Source: a virus. Taken from it: DNA of 64,000 nt. Positions 9,081 to 17,651 of the stretch are shown piece after piece. Each line of letters starts with the position of its first letter. Position 1 is the first letter of the stretch. Below the pieces are notes generated by a model, which saw only the letters and a list, made by a program, of their open reading frames with translations, had not been told where the DNA came from and did no database searches. The stretch covers positions 1 to 64,000 of the IMG/VR virus record IMGVR_UViG_3300027759_000050; one strand, given 5' to 3'. A program made the position numbers and the translations under genes.

Positions 9081-12000
9081 TTAAAAGAAAGCAAAGAAGT
9101 TGCCACTATAAGTGACACCTGAAGGAGCACCGGAAAAAACCCATCCTGAATTGTTTGAGACATTAACGGAGTATGCACCAGCATACCATGAAGCACCTCC
9201 GGTTGCAATAGAATCTTGAATGTACAAATCATCGACATTAACTATACCACTGGATTTGGATAATGTTGCAGCAATTCCTGGTATTGTTGAATTGATGTAA
9301 ACCTTGAAAGGTTGGAAAGATGAAGTAACAACAACACCAACATTGGTTACAGTCAAAGCACCGGAACTAGTGTCTGTAAGGAAAGATGCACTATTTGGTG
9401 TATTCAATAACAATGAAGTTTGTGTACCAGTTACTGCAACTATATTTGTTCCAGATGATTGTGTGGTGTCCAATGGATTCATCGGAACAGTGAAATTACC
9501 TGTATATACACCAACTCCTTTAGTTATGCGAATATTGGAAAAAGTCGCACTAAGAAAACCTGTACCGCCTGCACCAGATGAGTTGTGTGCTATAGCTGGA
9601 GTACCACAAAGATAAGTGTTTGTATCTGTATATGTTGTTCCAACTTGAACACCATCCACAAACATTCTTGTGGATGATCCACTTTTTGAAATTGCTAAAT
9701 GATACCAAGTGTCAGTTGTCAATGTTCTTGTTGGATTTGCACCTCCGCCACCTAAAACTGCAACATTATTAACCATAAAAGATGGTTGTCCACTTGACAT
9801 ATAAAAATATGGTGCTACAGAAGTAGCAGCAGTTCTTGCATCATATATTGTTCCATCAGTTAATGAATTTAATCTACACCAACATTCAAATGTAAATTCG
9901 CCTGTACCAAATGTGAGCGTTGCCGGAGCCGCAGGCAATGTCAAATACTGTGATGTACCATTAAAAGTTACGGAGCCTAATGGATATGCACCTGCTGGCC
10001 CACCATTGTTGAGACCTACACCTGATATATTAAAATTACTAACTGTTTGAGTTGTACCCGATTGAAATGTTACATTCATTCCTTTATTTGCAGATGTGGT
10101 AATATCATAAAAAGTATTATTACCTCTTATGGTTAGTGTTCCACCACCACCTTGATTTAATGTTCCGTAAGATCCTCCACCTCCTGAAAATATTTTTGAA
10201 TTATTGCTCGTCAAGCTTATTGTAGAAGAAACGGTAAGATTAGGATTTATCTGTATTAATGGAGGCGCGAATGGCACAAAAGTTACGCCGCCAACATTTT
10301 CTGTACGCTTAGGCAATGCACTACTATCCGCTAAGTAAGTCAACGGAGAACTCATTGTCATTAATACAACTGTTTGTGCTCCATAAATTCCTCTTATATT
10401 TGTACTAGGGCTTTGTGTTACAGTTAATACTGTATTTGGTGGCGTAAAATTTCCATAATATACAGCATTATTTGAAGTATATCTAAAATTAGTCAAATAA
10501 CCAACCCAACAACTTGGTGAACTTCTATCAGAACCCAACATTAACATATTGCTTGCATTATTAAATGTATCTGAACCAGCTAAGTAAGAACCAACATTTT
10601 TTCCATTAAACCAAAGTGTTACTCTATTTGTTGGTGTTGAAGTTCTTGTAACTGCGTAATGGTTCCATCTATTAATTAATGGAACATAAGGAGTTTCAAC
10701 AGAACCGGTTTCTAATCTAATACTAGAACCATACCAAAGTTGCCAATGGCCGTTTTGCATATTAATAACACTTCTGAGAGAACCTGACGAAGAAGTACCC
10801 GTATCTCCCCAAGAAAAATGATGTTGCGCGGTTGTGTTACTTGTACCATAAGCCCACACCTCAAGTGTAAAATCATTAAGGTCTGCGAATGGAGCACTAG
10901 GAATACTAACAAGATTTGCTGTTGTTGGATTGGAATTAAATATACTACCTCCAACTCCATTAGCTTCCCAAGATGCAGCAAGTGAATTAATAGTATTTCC
11001 ATTAACAACTATATCTGAACCTGTAATTGTTCTTGTAATTGTACCTGTAGTATATACATTCTTGCTTGTTAAAGGTCCGGAAAGAGTTAATGAACCACTT
11101 GAAAATGTTATTGTATTTGCTGTTGTAGCATCCAATGAAGCGGTTGAGGTGGTATTAATATATAATGTGGATAGTGGTTTATTATTTGTTTCGATAACTT
11201 TGTCGGTACCAAAAACATTTGCAGAAAAATCTGTATAAGTTCCTGTAGCTGATAAAGTTAAATTGCCTTGCACAGATACAGTATTAGCTGGTATCAATGA
11301 ACTACTTCCTGTAAAATCTAAATTATTAAAATAACTATTAAGACCAAACGTAGGTGAACTCGAACCGCCGTTAATAGACAAATCTACTAATTTTCCACCA
11401 ATTGGTAATGAAGCTTCAAACGGTGATGAAGTTGATGATGATGTTCCGACATTTGTTATTGTAAAATTATTTAAACTATTATCTACTAAATAAGTGCTAG
11501 CGCCTGGAACTGTATTTAATAACAAGGTTGTCTGTGATGCAAGTATAGAATTAACATTGGTACTTGCACTTTGAGAAGTTGTTAGTGGGCTGGTGGGAAC
11601 TGTGAAATTTCCAACATATGCACCAACGCCTTTAACTATACGCACATTAGAAAAATATGCAAATAGGGTTCCATCACCTGCACCACCCGATGAATTGTGT
11701 CCTATTGCTGGTATAGCACCTGATACATTATAATTAGTTGTATCCGTAAATTCAAGGTCTTTTATACCATTCAGAAATATTCTTGTTGTAGTTCCAGTTC
11801 TACAAAGCGCCACATGATACCAATTAGTTCTAAATAACTTTGTTGAAGCTGTAGTAAATGTACCATTAATTAAAATATTAAGTCTATTTCCGCCAACACC
11901 AAAATAAGGTCCAGGTGAAGTGGAGCCAGTTCTTAAATCAACAACGGCACCATCACCAGGCGCCACAAGACGAATATAAGCTTCAATTGTAAAATCACCT

Positions 12001-15000
12001 GTGCCAAATACAAATCCAGCATTAGCTGGAGCTGTTACATATTGACCTGCAGAAATAGCTGAAATACTACCGGTAGTAGTGGTGCTTATGGTATTTGCAC
12101 CATTATATGAACGAGCAACAGACATATTGCTAGTGAATCCACCTAGGCCAGTCCAAGTGAAATTATTGGAATTACTTATATCTAATGCAGTTGTTCCAGC
12201 GGTTGAATGTATAAGATTGATGTTACCTGCACTTGTACTACCAAATGCAATTGAACGGACATTACTATTACTTGAACTGAATGCACCTACACTTAATGTT
12301 ACTCCGTCCGCTAATGTTATTGTACCTGTGGTGAAAGTATATGTACTGGTTGCTCCTAAAGATCCTGTGTTGTTGAATGTTACCGAACCTGAGGTGTGTG
12401 TAAATATTGGTATTGAACCAAGAGTTACTGAACTACCAAAATTAATTGAACCTGAATTCAATATAAGACTAGTGCTAGCACTAAATGTACCAGGACCAAT
12501 AACACTAATTGTAGATCCATTAACTGTAAATGTTGTACAATTACAGTCTATAATTGTAATTGCAAATGCACCTGCTGTAATTGTTGATGTTGTTTTTCCG
12601 TTATATGTTAATGTTCCTGAAGCAAATAAGATTAAAATTAATGCAGTATATGTACCACCGGATGATAATGTTAAACCTTTTATATTTAATGTTGTTGCAG
12701 GTAATGTAAATGATGTGGTGCCAAAATCAATTGTACCAAACCAACTACCGGATGTTATTGTTGCAACACCGGCCCCTGTAGTAAATGTAAGATTTCGCGC
12801 ACTGGCTGCAAACCCTGCGGCCGATCCAAAAGTAAATGTCCTAGCAACTGACATGTCATTTACAGTGAATCCACCTGGACCTGTAGTCGTAAGTGAATTC
12901 GTATCAGCCATACTCAATACTGTTGTGGCCGCGGTGGTATGTGTGAGATTGATGTTACCTGCACTTGCACTACCAAATGCAATTGTTCTGGTAGAACTAT
13001 TAGATGAACTGAATATGCCTGTAGTTAATGTTACCCCATTGGCTAGTGTCAGTGTACCCGCCGATAGTGTGTAAGTACCTGTGGTTGTTAGTGCGTATGA
13101 TTGATTCAATGTAACAGTACCAGCACTATGAGTAAATAACGGTGTTGCACCTAATGTGGCGGTTCCTCCATATGTAAATGATCCTGATGTTAGAACAAAA
13201 CTAACTGATGCATTAATCGTACCACTTGTAAAGTTAAATGTTGGACCATTGATGGTAAAAGTTGTACATGATATAGTTCCAATATTACTTAAAGTGCCGG
13301 CGGTATATGTTGCTGTACTTGAACAAGTTAAGTTAAATGTGGCAAAATCAATAGTACCTAATGTTTGTGTCCAAGTTGTCACACCTAATGCAGCAGCTAA
13401 AGTAACAGTACCTGCGGTATTAACTGTAAGTGCTGCAATAGTTTTACCGTTAGGTGTAATAGTTCCGGTTCCAATTGCATTGATACTTAATCCAGTATAA
13501 GTTCCAGTAGCTGACAATGTAAAACCTTTTACATTTAATGTTGTTGCAGGTACTGCAAATGATGTGGTGCCAAAATCAATTGTACCAAACCAACCTCCTG
13601 AAGTTATTGTTGCAATACTAGCCCCTGTAGTAAATGTAAGATTGGGTGCTTGGAATACGGCGCCAGCTGCGCTACCGCAAGTCAATGTTTTTGTAGCTGA
13701 CATTGCGGCCACAGTAAAACCACCCGGACCTGTAGGCGTAAAAGAATTCAAATCAGCCATACTCAATACTGTTGTGGCCGCGGTGGTATGTGTGAGATTA
13801 ATATTGCCTGCACTTGCACTACCAAATGCAATTGTTCGGACATTACTATTAGATGAACTGAATATACCTGTTGATAGTGTAACACCACTACTTATATTCA
13901 ATGTGCCTATTGTAAAAGTATAAGTGGAAGTTACCGGCAATGTACATGTTGCTGTTATTGTTACCGAACCTGCGGTATGTACAAATGACGGTGTTGTAAT
14001 TGTACCACCACTGTATGTAAATGAACCAGAGGTTACTGTAAAACTGGTGGAAGCTGATATTGTACCAGATGATAATGTAAATGTAGAACCCGCAGAATGT
14101 GTCCAAGTAGTACATGATATAGTTCCAATATTACTTAAAGTGCCAGCTGTATATGTTGCTGCACCTGAACTAGTTAAGTTAAATGTGGCAAAATTGATAG
14201 TACCGGCTGTCTGTACATACGATGTACATCCAAACGCCGCAGCCAATGTAACTGTACCTGCGGTATTAACTGTGAGTGCTGCAATAGTTTTACCGTTAGG
14301 TGTGATGGTTCCAGTACCAACAGCATTGACACCTAAAGCAGTAAAAGTTCCACCAGATGATAGTGTTAAAGCATTTAAGTTTACTGTTGTAGATGCTATG
14401 GTGCTTGTAGTGGTACCAAAACTTAATGTATCGAACCAGCTACCTGAACCAAATGTGAGCACGGCAGAACCGGTTCCTGTAAATGATAAATTCGGTGAGT
14501 TTGTTGTTGTGCCACCCGTGGTGCCCCATACAAATGTGCGGGTAACAGATGCATCAGAAATAAATGTTTGAGTACCAGTAAAGGTATAATTGGTAAGATC
14601 GGGTACATTTAATATAAATTGTGCAGCTGTACTATGATTCAATGTCATCGAGTATATGTTCCATGCAATACTTCGGACATTAGTATTATTTGAAATAAAT
14701 GAAGCAGTTGTTAAATTCGCACCTAATGTTATTGTGCCTGCTGTGAATGTATAAACACAAGTTGCAGGTAATGTCCATGATACCGTTGTTGTTACCGAAC
14801 CTGCGGTATGTACAAATGACGGTGTTGTAATTGTACCACCACTGTATGTAAATGAACCAGAGGTTACTGTAAAACTGGTGGAAGCTGATATTGTACCAGA
14901 TGATAGTGTAAATGTAGCTGAAGCTGCATGAGTCCAAGTAGTACAACTTATAGTTCCAATATTACTTAAAGTGCCAGCTGTATATGTTGCTGCACCTGAA

Positions 15001-17396
15001 CCTGTTAAGTTAAATGTGGCAAAATTAATAGTACCAGCTGTTTGAGTATATGTTGTACAACCTAAAGCCGCAGCCAATGTAACTGTACCTGCGGTATTAA
15101 CTGTGAGTGCTGCAATAGTTTTACCGTTAGGTGTGATGGTTCCAGTACCAACAGCATTCATACCTAAAGAAGTGTAGGTTCCAGTAGCTGATAATGTCAA
15201 ACTATTCAAGTTTAACACCGTTGCTGGCACAGCAAATGCAGTAGTACCAAAACTTAATGTATTGAACCAACTTGCAGTTGTGAAAGTTGCTATTGCTGTG
15301 CCGCTACCAGTTAATGATAAATTCGGTGAGTTTGTTGTTGTACCACCCGTTGTACCAAATACATATGTTCTAGTGACCGCCGCATCACTAATGAATGATT
15401 GTGTTCCAGTAAAAGTGTAACTAGTAACAATAGCCATGTTCAATACAGTTGTTGCAGCTGTACTATGATTCAATGTAATGGTATAAGTGCTCCATGCAAT
15501 AGAACGAATATTGGCATTTGTAGAACTAAAAGCACCAGTTGATAAATTACCACCTAATGTTATTGTACCTGCTGTAAATGTATAGGTGCAAGTTGCTGCT
15601 AATGTCCATGTTGCTGTTGTTGTTACTGTACCGGCAGTATGTACAAAAGATGGTGTTGTAATTGTTCCACCACTATATGTAAATGAACCAGAGGTTACTG
15701 TAAAACTGGTAGAAGCAGATATTGTACCAGATGATAAAACAAATGTAGCTAAAGCTGCATGGGTCCATGTTGTACAAGATATAGTTCCAATATTACTTAA
15801 TGTTCCAGCTGTATATGTTGCTGCACCTGAACTAGTTAAGTTAAATGTGGCAAAATTGATAGTACCAGCTGTTTGAGTATATGTTGTGCATCCAAAGGCG
15901 GCCGCCAATGTAACTGTACCAGCACCATTATTTACAGTAAATGCTGCTATAGTTTTACCGTTAGGTGTAATGGTTCCAGTACCAACAGCATTCATACCTA
16001 AAGAAGTAAAAGTTCCACCACTCGATAATGTTAAACCATTCAAGTTTAATGTGGTCGCAGCCATAGCAAAAACTGTTGTACCAAAACTCAATGTATTGAA
16101 CCAACTAGCGGTTGTTATGGTAGCGATTGCAGTACCCGTACCTGTTAAAGAAAGGTTTGGTGCATTGGTTGTTGTACCGCCGGTTGTACCAAAAGTAAAT
16201 GTTCTGGTAATTGAAGCATCAGCTGAAAATCCACCCGCACCTGTAAAAGTAAATCCAGTTGCATTAGCAAAATTCAATACAGTTGTTAAAGCTGTTGTAT
16301 GTGTTAGTAATATATTACCTACACCAAACAAAATAGAACGTGTAGCTGTACCTGTGGAAGTAAATATACCAGTATTTAAATTGAAATCATTGAGTGCTAA
16401 TGTACCACTTGTTATTGTTGTGGTTGCATTAGTAACTAAAGTTAATGCATCACCAAGTGTAGTTGTACCTGATGTACTATTAATGTTTAAAGCTGCTATA
16501 GTCTTAGCAACGGAAACTATAGTACCTGTACCAACCATGTTAATAGTTAATCCAGTATATGTTCCACCAGTCGCAAGTGTTAAATTTCCAGCTATATTTA
16601 ATGTCGCTGCTGGTGGTGTGGTACTACTGCCTGTAAAAACTAAACTCTTAAACCAACTGGCTGTGGTGAGTGTTGATACCGCAGCACCACTTGGAATAAA
16701 TAAATTGGCTGTAGTTGTTGCTGAACCTCCAGTTGTGCCAATAGTATATGTTCTAGTAATTGAAGCATCAGCTTTAAAACCACCCGTACCTGAAGAAGAA
16801 AACAAGGTACTATTCGCCATACTCACGACAACGGATCCCACAGTTGTGGTAATCAAATTAATAAAATTTGCGCCAAATGCAACAGACCTTGCGCTGGCCA
16901 CATTTGAACTGAATATACCAGTGGACCAATCAAATCCATTAAGTGTCAATGCACCGTTGGTCAATGTAGTGGTGAGTGTTGCACCAGTTACTAATGCGCT
17001 ACCTAAACTCCAACCACCACCTACACCGTTGAATGTGATTGCACCATTTATCGTTGTACCATTGGTCGTAATTGTTTTGCCGGTGGTTGTGGCGTTGAAT
17101 GTTATTGCACCGGTACTTGTCCAAACAGTTCCTGCAACCAATGACATAGAACCGGTAACGGCCAAGGTGGGTGTTGTGCCTGTTGCGAAAGTTACGACAC
17201 CTGCACTAACTGTAATATCTAAACACAGTAAAGCACCTGTCATTGTGACGGTGTATGTACCTGCTTGATTAAAGAAAACGGAATCTGCGGCTGTAGGTAC
17301 AGATGCACCACCACCTCCACCCGAAGTCGCAGACCAGTTGGTGGTTAATGTGGTATTCCAAGTACCTGCGCCGCCTACCCAATATCTATCTGCCAT
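9081..17396 (-). CDS. Giant (2771 aa) Thr/Gly/Ala-rich repetitive beta-solenoid adhesin-like protein with three LamG/ConA-like domains
   Basis: N-terminal DRYWVGG.GTW; ~280-aa tandem repeats; three copies of (G)DFT.E.W/Y...W.H.A..R/K......F.NG...SN.R..KG...Y.GNFT.P (LamG-like); ends GNFFAFF. Confidence 0.75.
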   Translation of the reverse strand: MADRYWVGGAGTWNTTLTTNWSATSGGGGGASVPTAADSVFFNQAGTYTVTMTGALLCLDITVSAGVVTFATGTTPTLAVTGSMSLVAGTVWTSTGAITFNATTTGKTITTNGTTINGAITFNGVGGGWSLGSALVTGATLTTTLTNGALTLNGFDWSTGIFSSNVASARSVAFGANFINLITTTVGSVVVSMANSTLFSSSGTGGFKADASITRTYTIGTTGGSATTTANLFIPSGAAVSTLTTASWFKSLVFTGSSTTPPAATLNIAGNLTLATGGTYTGLTINMVGTGTIVSVAKTIAALNINSTSGTTTLGDALTLVTNATTTITSGTLALNDFNLNTGIFTSTGTATRSILFGVGNILLTHTTALTTVLNFANATGFTFTGAGGFSADASITRTFTFGTTGGTTTNAPNLSLTGTGTAIATITTASWFNTLSFGTTVFAMAATTLNLNGLTLSSGGTFTSLGMNAVGTGTITPNGKTIAAFTVNNGAGTVTLAAAFGCTTYTQTAGTINFATFNLTSSGAATYTAGTLSNIGTISCTTWTHAALATFVLSSGTISASTSFTVTSGSFTYSGGTITTPSFVHTAGTVTTTATWTLAATCTYTFTAGTITLGGNLSTGAFSSTNANIRSIAWSTYTITLNHSTAATTVLNMAIVTSYTFTGTQSFISDAAVTRTYVFGTTGGTTTNSPNLSLTGSGTAIATFTTASWFNTLSFGTTAFAVPATVLNLNSLTLSATGTYTSLGMNAVGTGTITPNGKTIAALTVNTAGTVTLAAALGCTTYTQTAGTINFATFNLTGSGAATYTAGTLSNIGTISCTTWTHAASATFTLSSGTISASTSFTVTSGSFTYSGGTITTPSFVHTAGSVTTTVSWTLPATCVYTFTAGTITLGANLTTASFISNNTNVRSIAWNIYSMTLNHSTAAQFILNVPDLTNYTFTGTQTFISDASVTRTFVWGTTGGTTTNSPNLSFTGTGSAVLTFGSGSWFDTLSFGTTTSTIASTTVNLNALTLSSGGTFTALGVNAVGTGTITPNGKTIAALTVNTAGTVTLAAAFGCTSYVQTAGTINFATFNLTSSGAATYTAGTLSNIGTISCTTWTHSAGSTFTLSSGTISASTSFTVTSGSFTYSGGTITTPSFVHTAGSVTITATCTLPVTSTYTFTIGTLNISSGVTLSTGIFSSSNSNVRTIAFGSASAGNINLTHTTAATTVLSMADLNSFTPTGPGGFTVAAMSATKTLTCGSAAGAVFQAPNLTFTTGASIATITSGGWFGTIDFGTTSFAVPATTLNVKGFTLSATGTYTGLSINAIGTGTITPNGKTIAALTVNTAGTVTLAAALGVTTWTQTLGTIDFATFNLTCSSTATYTAGTLSNIGTISCTTFTINGPTFNFTSGTINASVSFVLTSGSFTYGGTATLGATPLFTHSAGTVTLNQSYALTTTGTYTLSAGTLTLANGVTLTTGIFSSSNSSTRTIAFGSASAGNINLTHTTAATTVLSMADTNSLTTTGPGGFTVNDMSVARTFTFGSAAGFAASARNLTFTTGAGVATITSGSWFGTIDFGTTSFTLPATTLNIKGLTLSSGGTYTALILILFASGTLTYNGKTTSTITAGAFAITIIDCNCTTFTVNGSTISVIGPGTFSASTSLILNSGSINFGSSVTLGSIPIFTHTSGSVTFNNTGSLGATSTYTFTTGTITLADGVTLSVGAFSSSNSNVRSIAFGSTSAGNINLIHSTAGTTALDISNSNNFTWTGLGGFTSNMSVARSYNGANTISTTTTGSISAISAGQYVTAPANAGFVFGTGDFTIEAYIRLVAPGDGAVVDLRTGSTSPGPYFGVGGNRLNILINGTFTTASTKLFRTNWYHVALCRTGTTTRIFLNGIKDLEFTDTTNYNVSGAIPAIGHNSSGGAGDGTLFAYFSNVRIVKGVGAYVGNFTVPTSPLTTSQSASTNVNSILASQTTLLLNTVPGASTYLVDNSLNNFTITNVGTSSSTSSPFEASLPIGGKLVDLSINGGSSSPTFGLNSYFNNLDFTGSSSLIPANTVSVQGNLTLSATGTYTDFSANVFGTDKVIETNNKPLSTLYINTTSTASLDATTANTITFSSGSLTLSGPLTSKNVYTTGTITRTITGSDIVVNGNTINSLAASWEANGVGGSIFNSNPTTANLVSIPSAPFADLNDFTLEVWAYGTSNTTAQHHFSWGDTGTSSSGSLRSVINMQNGHWQLWYGSSIRLETGSVETPYVPLINRWNHYAVTRTSTPTNRVTLWFNGKNVGSYLAGSDTFNNASNMLMLGSDRSSPSCWVGYLTNFRYTSNNAVYYGNFTPPNTVLTVTQSPSTNIRGIYGAQTVVLMTMSSPLTYLADSSALPKRTENVGGVTFVPFAPPLIQINPNLTVSSTISLTSNNSKIFSGGGGSYGTLNQGGGGTLTIRGNNTFYDITTSANKGMNVTFQSGTTQTVSNFNISGVGLNNGGPAGAYPLGSVTFNGTSQYLTLPAAPATLTFGTGEFTFECWCRLNSLTDGTIYDARTAATSVAPYFYMSSGQPSFMVNNVAVLGGGGANPTRTLTTDTWYHLAISKSGSSTRMFVDGVQVGTTYTDTNTYLCGTPAIAHNSSGAGGTGFLSATFSNIRITKGVGVYTGNFTVPMNPLDTTQSSGTNIVAVTGTQTSLLLNTPNSASFLTDTSSGALTVTNVGVVVTSSFQPFKVYINSTIPGIAATLSKSSGIVNVDDLYIQDSIATGGASWYAGAYSVNVSNNSGWVFSGAPSGVTYSGNFFAFF
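12590..16400 (-). repeat. Tandem ~830-850-bp coding repeats in the giant adhesin
   Basis: Anchor TTACCGTTAGGTGT (PNGK) at 13444, 14290, 15121 and 15955 (spacings 846/831/834); degenerate copy near 12595; long identical stretches between copies. Confidence 0.9.
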
Positions 17397-17402
17397 TAAT
17401 TA

Positions 17403-17630
17403 TTACTCAGTTGGTGTTGTTTCTGAAATAATTTCTTCTGTTGGCAATGAATTAACAATAACCAACCAATTATCAAATCTTTCTTGTTGCATTGTTGAAA
17501 TTTGTTCAGGTGTTAATGCATCATATTCTTCTTGTTTAAACCACAGAGCATCTCTATATGTTTTATCTCCGTCTGTCTTTTCAAAAATTATTTGGACTTG
17601 TCCGTCAATTTGATTTATAATATCTTCCAT
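17403..17630 (-). CDS. Small acidic hypothetical protein (possible chaperone/adaptor of the giant adhesin)
   Basis: 75 aa with AAGGA RBS, tightly packed between the stalk gene and the adhesin; motif YRDAL....EEY...MQQERFDNW. Confidence 0.7.
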   Translation of the reverse strand: MEDIINQIDGQVQIIFEKTDGDKTYRDALWFKQEEYDALTPEQISTMQQERFDNWLVIVNSLPTEEIISETTPTE

Positions 17631-17651
17631 TTTATTTTCCTTAACAAGTGA

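Noticed and set aside
12079-17268. Long plus-strand ORFs (331, 215, 460 aa) antisense to the giant adhesin, and similar shadow ORFs over the heptad genes
   Set aside because: They mirror the sense-strand repeats and are explained by Thr/Ala/Gly/Asn codon usage producing few antisense stops; no RBS or independent motifs
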